Made by a program: the position numbers and the translations under genes | In this document: positions 29,341 to 39,671 of the stretch, one piece after another | Layout: every line of letters starts with the position of its first letter | How positions within the stretch are numbered: position 1 is the first letter of the stretch | The notes under the pieces: generated by a model | What the model was told of the DNA's origin: nothing | What the model saw: only the letters and a program-made list of their open reading frames with translations | Database searches by the model: none | Assembly (NCBI GenBank): GCA_963669175.1 | Contig: OY769902.1 | Span: 3,904,001 to 3,968,000 of the forward strand | Direction of reading: 5' to 3' | Source of the DNA: a bacterium | GTDB lineage: Bacteria > Electryoneota > Electryoneia > Electryoneales > Electryoneaceae | DNA length: 64,000 nucleotides

Positions 29341-31182
29341 CTATCGTTGCCTCTCATCTTCTTCCGGATGAAGCAATGCTTCAATGTATTCGCGAACATG
29401 GGCGCTTTCCGATTTTGCCGCAAGGCGAGACCTTCTGAGTTCCGTATCTTCCTCACGGATGAATCCGTCCTGCACCGTGAGCAACCACATTCCCATGCCC
29501 AAATGACGATTGCTGTCAAAGACCTGACGTCCGGAAGCCAGCGACAGTCGTTTCAACTGGTCCAGCTTTTCGGTAATCTCATGCGGACCAACAACACCAC
29601 GTCGGACCGGGGCTAGCAGCAGACGTGCAGCATCATACCCACGCACCTGCCAGTGTGTAGGCCCCTGGATGCCTCGATCGCCCAGCCATTTGCGCAGATA
29701 TTCCAACTGATCGTTATCATCTCCAAGATTATAACAACCGGTAAAAATCATGTTGTTGGCGTAATCACGATGACGATACAGTTCACTCTCATCATACCAG
29801 GCTGAATTGCCTATCCACTGAGTATGAAGATTATAGAATGCAAGTTGTGGCGCGATCAACTCCATGGACCCCGGCTCAATCGGGCAGTAAATGGCATCAA
29901 TGCTGGAAAGTTCGATATCAGTCGGATCGTCAATATCCAGTTCTTCAGCGATATCCTTTCGGAATTGCGCCCATCCGGAAGCGACCATGGCGCTGTCAAC
30001 AAGCATGCCTTCTGTCGTATCCGCCTGCGCCAGGAGATAATTCCTGTATTCGATCTCAAATGCTATGTCACGAATCCGCAGGAACTGCTTCCTCAGGCTG
30101 ACCCCTTCTTCCGGGAAATACCATTCTTCAGCGAGGATGGCGCTGCTGTCACGCCGGGAAATGACATCGGAAAAACCGGCTACATTTTCACGGCAGCGCA
30201 TGGTTGCCGGTGCAATCACGACAATGTGTTTCAGTTGAAGTGAATCTGCTGCGTAGATGGCAGCGATCTCACCTTCACGATACCAGTCTGCATCAATCTG
30301 AATGGTGGAATTACCCAGCGCATAATACCCGGGCCTTCGCATTCCGGGCGTGAGCACCGGTACACCGGAAGCCTGAGCTTCTACAGATGCGGCAACCACA
30401 TCATCATGTTCACCGCCCAGGATAACCCCCCATACACCGGCATCTTCGATAAGGCTGCGGGTTTGAAGCACAGCATCAATAGGTTCGCTGGAATAAGAAC
30501 GCACTTGCATGGATGCTGGCTTATCTGCGGAGAGGTTAAACGCGTCGACAGCAGCTTCAACCCCTCTCACCAGCTCGAGATAAGTGGAATCGTTTTCAGT
30601 AACACCTGGAACAACCACGCCAAGTAAAGGAGTAGTACTGCGAAGCGCGAAATACTGATACAGAAAATCACGAGTATAATCCGTTTGTGCGAAGTTCGTC
30701 AGCAGATGCGCTTTATAACGGATCGATCCTTTTGCCAACTGTCCCAACTTCTCTTCGACAGAATCTTCTAGCTCAGGATCAGGCTGAGAATCGAGACAGG
30801 ATACCAGCGCCCTCGCCGCTTCAAAGTGTTCGCCCATCGTTTGATAAGCGGAAGCAGTCAGATACCAGGCCTGGGCAGCCTGCACACTGTTTGGGTAGAC
30901 ATGGATTACTTTTTGAGCACGCTTTAATGCCTGCGCAACCATGCCAAGTTTCAGCTCAGAACGTCCGGCAATCAGCTCGGCAGTAGCGGCATACCGGCTA
31001 TCGGTATTGGTCTCCGCGAAAGATTGCGCCAGATCGAGCGAAGAACTGTATTCACCATGTTCAAACGCATCAATAGCTTTACTGAGAAGAGGTGGAAGAT
31101 CCTGCTGGGCATAGGCTGTTCCTGCCAGGATTACCACAATGAAAAACCAGGTAAAAACTCGTGCTTTCAACCTCATTCCCAC
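29341..31182 (-). CDS. Periplasmic protein: N-terminal TPR plus type I periplasmic-binding-protein (LppC/LpoA-like) domain
   Basis: Signal peptide, TPR-like YPNS..A..A.Y helices, G...A...N, IAPQL.FY, GYDAA motifs. Confidence 0.7.
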   Translation of the reverse strand: MGMRLKARVFTWFFIVVILAGTAYAQQDLPPLLSKAIDAFEHGEYSSSLDLAQSFAETNTDSRYAATAELIAGRSELKLGMVAQALKRAQKVIHVYPNSVQAAQAWYLTASAYQTMGEHFEAARALVSCLDSQPDPELEDSVEEKLGQLAKGSIRYKAHLLTNFAQTDYTRDFLYQYFALRSTTPLLGVVVPGVTENDSTYLELVRGVEAAVDAFNLSADKPASMQVRSYSSEPIDAVLQTRSLIEDAGVWGVILGGEHDDVVAASVEAQASGVPVLTPGMRRPGYYALGNSTIQIDADWYREGEIAAIYAADSLQLKHIVVIAPATMRCRENVAGFSDVISRRDSSAILAEEWYFPEEGVSLRKQFLRIRDIAFEIEYRNYLLAQADTTEGMLVDSAMVASGWAQFRKDIAEELDIDDPTDIELSSIDAIYCPIEPGSMELIAPQLAFYNLHTQWIGNSAWYDESELYRHRDYANNMIFTGCYNLGDDNDQLEYLRKWLGDRGIQGPTHWQVRGYDAARLLLAPVRRGVVGPHEITEKLDQLKRLSLASGRQVFDSNRHLGMGMWLLTVQDGFIREEDTELRRSRLAAKSESAHVREYIEALLHPEEDERQR

Positions 31183-32720
31183 TCCACCGTTGCCGGGGGT
31201 TTGCTGCTAACGTCATAAACAACGCGGTTCACACCCTTGACTTCGTTGATGATCCTGGTGGACACCTGGCCCAGCAGATCATGCGGTAACGGGCTGAAAT
31301 CAGCCGTCATGAAGTCCCAGGTATTTACCGAACGAAGCGCAACAACATGCTCGTATGTCCTGGCGTCCCCCATCACACCAACACTTTTTACTGGCAATAA
31401 TACCGCCAACGCCTGGCTTACTTTCTCGTACCAGCCGGCGTTTCGTAGTTCCTGAATGAAAATCTGATCTGCCTGGCGAAGCACCTGAAGCCGTTCTTCG
31501 GTCACTTCACCCAGGATTCGCACCGCCAACCCCGGCCCCGGGAAAGGATGGCGGGAAACGATCATTTCAGGTACGCCCAGGTTACGTCCCAGTTCCCGGA
31601 CTTCATCCTTGAACAATTCCCGCAAGGGTTCCACCAGCTTCAGATTCATCTTTTCCGGTAAGCCGCCGACATTATGATGAGACTTGATCGTCACCGATGG
31701 TCCACGGAAGCTGACACTCTCGATCACATCCGGATACAGGGTTCCCTGCGCAAGATATTTGCTGTTTTCATACTTCTTCGCTGCCTGTTCAAATATATCG
31801 ATAAAGGTATGTCCAATACGCTTGCGTTTGACTTCCGGATCGGTCACACCTGCCAACGCATCGAGGAATTGCTTTGATGCGTCAACAACTTCCATCCGAA
31901 CACCAAGCTTGTCACGTAGAACAGCCGCTACTTCTTCACGTTCGCCCAACCGTAAAAGACCGTTATCAACAAAGATAGCAACAAACCTGTCACCAAGCGC
32001 CCGTGCCAGTAACGCGGCCATCACACTGCTGTCTACCCCGCCGCTGACACCACCGATCACGAGGTTGTCACCGACCTGTTCACGTACACGTTCGATGGTC
32101 CACTCTTCGAACGCTTCCATGGTCCAGCCGGTTGTAGCATGGCAGATATCAAACAGGAAGCGACGAATGATATTCTGTCCGTCCGGCGTGTGGCGCACCT
32201 CCGGATGGAACTGAACTCCATACAGATGCCGTGAACGGTCAGCCATGGCGGCAATCGGACAGGTATCACTCTGGGCGATGGAAGAAAACCCACGTGGCAG
32301 GTTTTCAACCTGTACACCATGGCTCATCCAGGTCTGTATCTCACCACGCAATCCGGCCAGTGGTGTTTCAGCGCCAACAGTCACATTGACCGGACGACGT
32401 CCGTATTCACGGTTGTCTGCTGCCTTGACCACCCCGCCAAGCAGATGCGCCATTAGCTGCATACCGTAACAAATGCCCAGAACAGGGATTCCCTGATCGA
32501 ACACGGCAGCATCGTAGGTCGGTGCATCTTCCTCAAACACACTAGCCGGACCACCGGAGAGGATAATACCCGCCGGTTCCATCTCGAGCACCTTTTCCAA
32601 CCCCTGGGTGCAAGAGAAAATCTCGGCGTACACACCCTCTTCGCGAATACGGCGTGCGATAAGCTGAGTATACTGTGAGCCAAAATCCACAACAGCAATA
32701 GCGTCGTATGCACGGTTCAT
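31173..32720 (-). CDS. guaA: GMP synthase (glutamine-hydrolysing)
   Basis: [62 protein letters not shown]. Confidence 0.98.
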   Translation of the reverse strand: MNRAYDAIAVVDFGSQYTQLIARRIREEGVYAEIFSCTQGLEKVLEMEPAGIILSGGPASVFEEDAPTYDAAVFDQGIPVLGICYGMQLMAHLLGGVVKAADNREYGRRPVNVTVGAETPLAGLRGEIQTWMSHGVQVENLPRGFSSIAQSDTCPIAAMADRSRHLYGVQFHPEVRHTPDGQNIIRRFLFDICHATTGWTMEAFEEWTIERVREQVGDNLVIGGVSGGVDSSVMAALLARALGDRFVAIFVDNGLLRLGEREEVAAVLRDKLGVRMEVVDASKQFLDALAGVTDPEVKRKRIGHTFIDIFEQAAKKYENSKYLAQGTLYPDVIESVSFRGPSVTIKSHHNVGGLPEKMNLKLVEPLRELFKDEVRELGRNLGVPEMIVSRHPFPGPGLAVRILGEVTEERLQVLRQADQIFIQELRNAGWYEKVSQALAVLLPVKSVGVMGDARTYEHVVALRSVNTWDFMTADFSPLPHDLLGQVSTRIINEVKGVNRVVYDVSSKPPATVEWE

Positions 32721-32724
32721 GGCG

Positions 32725-33498
32725 CTACTCCCTCCACCTGCGCTCCCACCCACTATTTCGTAGCTGGTGAAGCGTGTTTTCTGCTGTCATATCCACTTTC
32801 AGCGGGGTTACTGCAACCCAGCCATCCATCACCTGTTCATCATCACCGTCAGGAACCGGTTCGAAGGTGTGCACGACCCCACCCATCCACCAGTAGTCAC
32901 GATCCCGGACATCCTTGCGGTGATCGAACACTTCACGGAAACTGCTTCGCGAAACACGGGTTACTTTTATTCCCTTCAGTTCCTCGGGCGGTATGCCGGG
33001 TACATTTACGTTGAGCAATTCATATCTGCCAATATCTGAATCTGAATTTTCAAGCAGTTTCAACACTTCCACTGCCGCCTTGGCGCTGCCACGGAAATCT
33101 CTCGAGAAGTAGTCCGCCAAAGAGACAGCAACCGAAGGAATACCGAGCATGGCGCCCTCAATGGCCGCTGCAACGGTTCCTGAATAATTGGCATTCAATC
33201 CGACATTCGACCCGATATTGATACCGCTGAAGATAAAATCGGGCTTCTCTTTCAACAACGCTCCCACACCAATTTTGACACAATCCGCGGGGGTGCCATC
33301 CACATACCAGCCCGGAAGTCCGTTTTCTTCGATCTTGTAGGCGCGGAGGGGACGGTTCAACGTGATCGCCAAAGAGATCGCGCTCATCTCACTGGCGGGT
33401 GCGACTACTGTTACTTCTGCAACTTCAGAAAGCGCCTCATACAGCGCCTTTATTCCCGGACTGCGAAAACTGTCATCGTTCGTCAATAAAATCTTCAT
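32725..33498 (-). CDS. surE: 5'/3'-nucleotidase SurE
   Basis: [34 protein letters not shown]. Confidence 0.96.
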   Translation of the reverse strand: MKILLTNDDSFRSPGIKALYEALSEVAEVTVVAPASEMSAISLAITLNRPLRAYKIEENGLPGWYVDGTPADCVKIGVGALLKEKPDFIFSGINIGSNVGLNANYSGTVAAAIEGAMLGIPSVAVSLADYFSRDFRGSAKAAVEVLKLLENSDSDIGRYELLNVNVPGIPPEELKGIKVTRVSRSSFREVFDHRKDVRDRDYWWMGGVVHTFEPVPDGDDEQVMDGWVAVTPLKVDMTAENTLHQLRNSGWERRWRE

Positions 33499-33518
33499 GA
33501 ATACATCTCTTTTCTGCG

Positions 33519-35012
33519 TTACTCTTTTACTTGTTCAACAAACTCGTTGATCGCTTCGAAAATCTGTTCGGCGACCAGTTGACGGAACTCCGTCTTGTTC
33601 AGCAATTTCTCTTCTGCATGGTTCGAGATAAATGCGGTCTCAACCAACACTGCCGGCATGGATGCGCCGATCAATACATAGAACCCGGCCTGGTCAACCC
33701 CTCGATCTTTCAACCCGCTGCGTTCAACCAGCTTTTCCTGAATTGTTGCCGCAAAAACCTCGGATTCCTTCACAAACTGCGCCTGGGCCATGGCCAGAAG
33801 AATGTAGTTCTCTTCTGTCAGGTCCACATACCCTTCCTGGGACTCTTCGTATTTTATTACGCTGTTCTCTTTTAATGCGACAGCCATGGCACGCTCCGTA
33901 CGAGCCGGCGCAAGAAAATAGGTTTCACTTCCATTGGCGCTTCTACTTCTTGCTGCGTTACAATGCAGGCTGACAAACAGTTTCCCGCCGTTCGTGTTCG
34001 CAATACGTGTACGTTCATGCAATGGAATAAACACATCGTTGTCACGTGTCATGACAACCTTTATACCCAGTCGTTGCTGAATCAATCCACGCAACCGTAA
34101 ACCAATATCCAGCACGACATCTTTTTCATATAGGTTGTTGGGACCAATTGCTCCCGGATCCTTGCCTCCATGGCCGGGATCAATCACGATAACATCGATT
34201 TCCCAGTTCTTTCTTGCGTCTTCCAGCTCTTCATATACTGTTTTATCTCCATAGGCAAGCGGGGATTCCACTTCTTCAAGTGGTATCAGGTGCAACTCGA
34301 AAACATTTCCCCGGTCAGGGCCCTGTAACCTGACTCCCCCAATGGGAAAACCGGTTGTGATCTTGAATCCCTGGTTGGCCAGATCCCATTGCAGGTCAGC
34401 AGGCAGACTATCCTGCTTCGATACTTTTGTTTTTACCGGTATCAACCGGGCGCCCTGGCATTGAAACATGACGGTTGCAGAATCGAGTAGCTCCACATCC
34501 GCTTTCAGGGGTTTCGCCGCAACGATCCTGAAAATGATCTCCAGTGAATCGCCACGCCCATCAATTGTCAATAGATCCGATTCCGAAGGCACATACACAA
34601 TGGTCCGTGTCAATTCACGCACATCAACAAACCCGGCAGTATGATTTCGAACCAGGTTCAGGGCAATTTGTTCTGTCAACCAGACTTCATTGTCACCAAA
34701 CTCCACCGGCATCGGAAGATGTACAATTTCATTGCCAATCGTAAGAAATGATCCGTGTGGAACCACAACCAGCGGGGCTTCAGGAAAGAAGAAAACCTGT
34801 TCGCCATCAATATCCATCTGGTGATGAATGCCAAGGAAATCAGCAAGGGCGATCATTTCAAGCAGCGTTTCATCGCCCTGGGTTTTCACCGGGAGCTGAA
34901 CCGGCGCCCCCCCACGTTCGACAAGCGACCATGGAGCGCCAACAGCAGTCACTGCCACAAGGGACAGGACAACCAGCAATCCGTACTTCACTGTGTTAAA
35001 ACGGGAAATCAT
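33519..35012 (-). CDS. N-acetylmuramoyl-L-alanine amidase (Amidase_3, AmiA/AmiC-like)
   Basis: IDPGHGGKDPGA, EK.VVL, TR..D.FIPL.ER, SLHCNA, MPAVLVE..FISN; signal peptide. Confidence 0.92.
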   Translation of the reverse strand: MISRFNTVKYGLLVVLSLVAVTAVGAPWSLVERGGAPVQLPVKTQGDETLLEMIALADFLGIHHQMDIDGEQVFFFPEAPLVVVPHGSFLTIGNEIVHLPMPVEFGDNEVWLTEQIALNLVRNHTAGFVDVRELTRTIVYVPSESDLLTIDGRGDSLEIIFRIVAAKPLKADVELLDSATVMFQCQGARLIPVKTKVSKQDSLPADLQWDLANQGFKITTGFPIGGVRLQGPDRGNVFELHLIPLEEVESPLAYGDKTVYEELEDARKNWEIDVIVIDPGHGGKDPGAIGPNNLYEKDVVLDIGLRLRGLIQQRLGIKVVMTRDNDVFIPLHERTRIANTNGGKLFVSLHCNAARSRSANGSETYFLAPARTERAMAVALKENSVIKYEESQEGYVDLTEENYILLAMAQAQFVKESEVFAATIQEKLVERSGLKDRGVDQAGFYVLIGASMPAVLVETAFISNHAEEKLLNKTEFRQLVAEQIFEAINEFVEQVKE

Positions 35013-35199
35013 GAGCGGTCGCCAATCCTGAACAGGTCATTCATCATGGGGCAAAAGTAGGCTACAGAAGACTCTCTCGCAAGCGTTGATCATCCTCACG
35101 CATTTATCCGGGTGACAAATTCGAGTTTGTAAATATGGCTTTTCACAATTCTGTTCAATTACCAGGAAATTGCACGGAAAAGGAGATAATAATTTTGGC

Positions 35200-35409
35200 G
35201 CTTCGCTGTTTCGTATGGGTAAAGAGGTTCACATAGTGATGCGACACGACAATAGAATTTCGAGTCGTTTCACTGGAATCAGTCAATAAGGTCTGGTTCC
35301 AGTGTATGTCCACCGAAGGTGGGCCACTTGAATAGCGTGGTGCGTAAGCGCCGGAAGTACACATCAGAACTATTTCCAGATGTAGCGTACCCACACGAAA
35401 TAGCGAGGC
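35200..35409 (+). ncRNA. Putative structured non-coding RNA (~210 nt), family unknown
   Basis: 22-bp closing stem plus 5-6 internal hairpins; G-U pairs favour the + strand; GUAA tetraloop. Confidence 0.6.
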
Positions 35410-35459
35410 ATCATCATACTCTTTACGTTTTGCAACACAGCTTGAGTAATAGAGAATCT

Positions 35460-36458
35460 TCAGACAGCTTCAGCTTTTTCTCTTTTCTTTGCCGGTTCGA
35501 GCTTTGCTCCAGCCTGGCTTGACGCTTTCAGATCCATGATATGCTGGCCATTGATATACTCTTTCTCCTGCAAATGTGTAATGGTCAACAGACGTTGAAC
35601 CAGAACCTGCATCCGGAAGACCATTCTTGCAATTCTCTTCATAGCTTCCTGTTTGCTCGGTTCCATATCATCCAGTTCGGGCTCAATATGCAAGTCGTAG
35701 GTTGCCTGGATAATGGCCAATGGATTATTGAATTCGTGAGCCATCGTACTTGCCAATTGCTGTGCGGTACGAAGGTTCGCTGCTTCCATTGCCTGCTTTC
35801 TGTCGGATTCTATTTGTTGTTGAAGCAGAAAATCATGCCGCGCAAAGTATTCCATTGCATAGCATGCAAAACCACAGAATACAGATGCTACAACGAACAG
35901 AATGAAGTCATAGGCAACTCTGGATGGCGAGGCAATGGTGGTGTGCACGTCGAACAAGGCAATTGTGGTGATTAGGACACCCGCGATCAGGGCATGAGAA
36001 AAACGCAGGCGCATGAAGGTAAAACCTGCCACAAGAATGATAAGATGACCTGCTTCAAAAGGGATGCCTTCTCCCAGGGCTATCGTGCGATTCATCAGCA
36101 TCAATCCCAGGCTGGCAGCAACAATCCCGAAAAGCGCAAGCCAGGGGACAGCTTTTATCCACTTCTTCTGAAAACTGGCGACAATAGCGCTGACCAGCGC
36201 AGGCACAACCAACCCATACCGGATCAACCAGTCATTGTGCAGCGCATCTGATTTTATCCAGATCATATCTGTAATCCCGAATATGAGCCAGAACAGAACA
36301 GCCAGAATAGCTGCGGCTCTCATATACTGCAGATTGTTCACATTATATGATGTTACAAATTCTTCTTCCTTTCCAGGATCAAATGAAAGAAAGAAGGGAT
36401 GCATCCCATACCGGCGAGGCGCAAATGGACTGAGCCTGAACGCTGACGTCTTGGGCAT
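35460..36458 (-). CDS. Membrane protein (about 6 TM) with a HisKA phosphoacceptor but no HATPase domain
   Basis: TM region followed by TMAHEFNNPLAII H-box; only about 90 aa follow, with no N/G1/F/G2 boxes. Confidence 0.75.
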   Translation of the reverse strand: MPKTSAFRLSPFAPRRYGMHPFFLSFDPGKEEEFVTSYNVNNLQYMRAAAILAVLFWLIFGITDMIWIKSDALHNDWLIRYGLVVPALVSAIVASFQKKWIKAVPWLALFGIVAASLGLMLMNRTIALGEGIPFEAGHLIILVAGFTFMRLRFSHALIAGVLITTIALFDVHTTIASPSRVAYDFILFVVASVFCGFACYAMEYFARHDFLLQQQIESDRKQAMEAANLRTAQQLASTMAHEFNNPLAIIQATYDLHIEPELDDMEPSKQEAMKRIARMVFRMQVLVQRLLTITHLQEKEYINGQHIMDLKASSQAGAKLEPAKKREKAEAV

Positions 36459-36463
36459 GGATC

Positions 36464-38410
36464 TTATACCTTAATTTTTTTATCTCCCAGGAGAAACCAC
36501 TCGTCGTAGATATCTTCCAGTTGACGTTCTGTTTCCGTCAGTTTTTCTCTTTTCAACGCTTCCCGTTTCGTATTGCCTTTATCAACTTCTACCTGGATCT
36601 CCTCCTCAAGGCGACCCTTCTGCGCTTCCAGTCGGTCAATTTCTGCTTCCAGCTCAGCGAATCTTTTAGCGTCAAATTTGATTTTACGTTTCTTCTGAGT
36701 ACCGCTGGTCCGTGCTGCTTTTTCTTCCTTTTTCTGTGATTCTGCAGCTTCCAGCTTTGCGATACGTTCTTCTTTCAAGGCTGTCCAGAAATCTGAGAAG
36801 TTTCCTTCGAACGGAGTAATTGCCGGTGGGACCAGATGCAGGATTCGATCAGCCAGTTTGTCCAGGAAATAGCGGTCGTGACTGATAACAAATATGGTTC
36901 CCTGGAATTCTTCGAGCGCGTCTTCCACGGCTTCACGGCTGAACAGGTCAAGGTGGTTGGTAGGTTCGTCCAGCAACAGGAAGTTAGCCCCGGATGCCAT
37001 CATGGCGGCCAATTGAACCCTGGCTTTTTCGCCACCGGAAAGCACAGCGACAGGTTTTTCGAAATCATCACGATTGAACAGGAATCGATACAACAGGGAT
37101 TCGGAATCATTCCGTCGCAATCCGCTCAGCCGCATCATTTCATCAATCAGCACGTTCTTGCGTTCAAGCGGTTCGGCCATCTGGGCAAAGTATCCCAACT
37201 TCATGGCTTTCCCCACGCGAAGAACCGGGTTTTCCCATCTCCCTTCCTTAATAATATCCTTGAAAAGAGTACTCTTCCCTGTCCCATTCGCGCCGACAAG
37301 AGCCATGCACTCGCCCTGGGCGATCCGGAAATTCACATCATCCAGCAGCCATGGCCCTTCACCATATCGACGTGAATATTTGACAATATCCAGGGCTATA
37401 TCACCCTTTGTCTTTGCATTGCCAAAGCTGATCCCGATCTTCCGCTGATCTTCACGAATCTTTTCAACCTTGTCCATTTTATCGATACGACGTTCCAGGT
37501 GCTTTGCAGTACGCGCCAATCCCGGATTATCATACACATTCGCCCAGCTTTTCAGCCGTTGAATCTGGAATTGCAGCCGTGAAATCTCCTTTTCCTGCCG
37601 CTTGGCCGCCGCTTCCAACTTCTCCATTCGAACCAGTTTTTCCGCACGGTAAGCGGAGTAGTTACCGGCATAAGTAGTAATCGCCTGGGATTCCATTTCC
37701 CAGATTATTTTGCAGGTATTATCCAACAGATAGCGATTATGGCTTACGAGGATGAAGGCGTTTGACGTCGCGTTCAAAACCTCCTCCAGCCAGTCAAGCC
37801 CCTCGAAATCGAGGTGGTTGCCCGGCTCGTCCAGCAGCATCAAGTCGGGATCCTGCACCAGCAGCCGGGCCAGCCCGATCACATTTCGTTCACCGCCGGA
37901 GAAGGTTGAGGCATCCCGATCCCAATCCTGTCGTGGTACCTTCAATCCATCCAGAATGGCCTCTACCCTGTTGTCCGCACGCCAGCCATCACGAGTATCA
38001 TAGAGATCGTGGAGTTTGCCGTAACGCTCCATCACTCTTTTATACTCTATTTCATCTTCCGCCAGCGAAGGATCAGCAAGCCTTTCTTCCAGTTCACGCA
38101 ATTCGCTTTCGATACGGTCAAGCGCAGCTAATCCCTCACGCACTTCAGAGTACAGACTGCGTCCCTCTGAATAGATTGGATCTTGTGCGAGGTACCCGAT
38201 ACGGATTCCCGATTGACGGGCAACATGTCCACTGGAAGGTTGCTCTGAACCACTGATCATTTTAAGGAGAGTAGTTTTACCGATACCATTCCTGCCAACC
38301 AGGCCAATATGCTGACCGGCATTAATGTCAATACTGGTGGGTTCCAGGATAACCTGTCCCCCGAATGATTTGGAAAACGCGTTTAAACTGACGAGACTCA
38401 TCCCTGGCAA
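36464..38410 (-). CDS. ABC-F family ATPase (Uup/YheS-like)
   Basis: Two ABC domains (GRNGIGKT, FSGGE, LDEP.NHLD; GANGTGKS, LSGGE, LDEPTNHLD), no TM segments, C-terminal coiled coil. Confidence 0.93.
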   Translation of the reverse strand: MPGMSLVSLNAFSKSFGGQVILEPTSIDINAGQHIGLVGRNGIGKTTLLKMISGSEQPSSGHVARQSGIRIGYLAQDPIYSEGRSLYSEVREGLAALDRIESELRELEERLADPSLAEDEIEYKRVMERYGKLHDLYDTRDGWRADNRVEAILDGLKVPRQDWDRDASTFSGGERNVIGLARLLVQDPDLMLLDEPGNHLDFEGLDWLEEVLNATSNAFILVSHNRYLLDNTCKIIWEMESQAITTYAGNYSAYRAEKLVRMEKLEAAAKRQEKEISRLQFQIQRLKSWANVYDNPGLARTAKHLERRIDKMDKVEKIREDQRKIGISFGNAKTKGDIALDIVKYSRRYGEGPWLLDDVNFRIAQGECMALVGANGTGKSTLFKDIIKEGRWENPVLRVGKAMKLGYFAQMAEPLERKNVLIDEMMRLSGLRRNDSESLLYRFLFNRDDFEKPVAVLSGGEKARVQLAAMMASGANFLLLDEPTNHLDLFSREAVEDALEEFQGTIFVISHDRYFLDKLADRILHLVPPAITPFEGNFSDFWTALKEERIAKLEAAESQKKEEKAARTSGTQKKRKIKFDAKRFAELEAEIDRLEAQKGRLEEEIQVEVDKGNTKREALKREKLTETERQLEDIYDEWFLLGDKKIKV

Positions 38411-38501
38411 CCTGAACGTGGTTAGAAAATCTTAGGCTATTACAAACAGACCCGACTCACTCGAATCGGGTCCGAAGATACAGCTTTTTTCAAGGGAATG
38501 C

Positions 38502-39209
38502 TTACTTGATGAGCATGGCTCGTGTCATTTCCACACGACCAAGCGCTTCCAGTTTCACCAGATACAGGCCGCTTGCCATGTTTGGCGTGGACTGGAAGGC
38601 GAAACGATGGCTGCCCTGGGATAGAGTCCCGTTATGCAGTGTCTGAACCCGGCGCCCATCCGGTGTAATAACCAGGAGGTTCACAGGCGCAGTCTGGGGC
38701 AGGCTGAACTCAATGACCGCACTGGAGTTGAAAGGATTCGGATATACCGGCGCGAGATGAAAACTGCTCGGTTGCACGGACAGATCCGTTGACTCTCCTA
38801 TACCTGTTGAAGTGTAAGCGGTGAAAAGGGTGCTGTCAGTTGCATCCGGTTCGCCATCTACTTCGATCTTGAAATAGGTGAATCCTGTGCCGGGTGTGTT
38901 TGTAAAGAAATCAATACTGACACTGGCGGTATCGCCAGCCGCAATGGAATAGGTATAGCTTGTAACATATGGTGGGAAACAGGAGCCATCTGCACAGAAT
39001 GTCAATGTCCAATCATCCGGCATGGTGGTTCCATTGGTGGAAATGGTAAAAGAGGCTTCTGCAGCGCCTGTGTTCTCAATGACACCGTGAAATATTGCTG
39101 CGCTGCCGGCTGTAACTTCCAGATCCTTTTCAGGGTAAGTGAATGTGTATCCTGCGAAAGACAATGCCGGAAGCAGGAAAAGAAGTAGAATCGAATGGCG
39201 GATATGCAT
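38502..39209 (-). CDS. Small secreted Ig-like protein with T9SS-type C-terminal domain
   Basis: Signal peptide; W..TFC..GSC motif; YPNPFN...ASGLY...MLIK. Confidence 0.8.
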   Translation of the reverse strand: MHIRHSILLLFLLPALSFAGYTFTYPEKDLEVTAGSAAIFHGVIENTGAAEASFTISTNGTTMPDDWTLTFCADGSCFPPYVTSYTYSIAAGDTASVSIDFFTNTPGTGFTYFKIEVDGEPDATDSTLFTAYTSTGIGESTDLSVQPSSFHLAPVYPNPFNSSAVIEFSLPQTAPVNLLVITPDGRRVQTLHNGTLSQGSHRFAFQSTPNMASGLYLVKLEALGRVEMTRAMLIK

Positions 39210-39449
39210 CGTTTGTTCCTCGCACCTGTTAAATGAAATGGTCTACGGGATAAAATGTACTTGCCAATACACTTGAACACAATGCTGCACAGTGACTTTT
39301 CACTCTTGGGCATACTGGTGGAATAGTTCACCTGGATCGATCCAGTGGACCTCTGCTGAGTTCAGAATCAGTAGTATCTTTCATCTCTTCAGTAATCCCA
39401 AATGCTCTCGAGGCAAGTGTTAAAAAATTTCGAGAAGTGGTCTGGTGAG

Positions 39450-39479
39450 TTGCACCTGCGTTTTTTGTCGTTCTATTTT
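39450..39479 (+). promoter_or_regulatory. Possible promoter of the 2070-aa surface protein gene
   Basis: TTGCAC-18 bp-TATTTT. Confidence 0.3.
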
Positions 39480-39671
39480 AGTGATACTGGATCATTTTCG
39501 GGCCGGTCAATTTAGATACTTCTTCACGCACGGCAACGATACGATTTCAAGCACAGAATTCTGACTGCCCCTTTTGCTCTCCTGCACGGTTTTTTGTCCA
39601 GTCAACAAAATCGGTTTAAACGGAAAAGTCTGTTCATAACCCTTTCACGTTGATGCAACGAGGAGCGTGGC

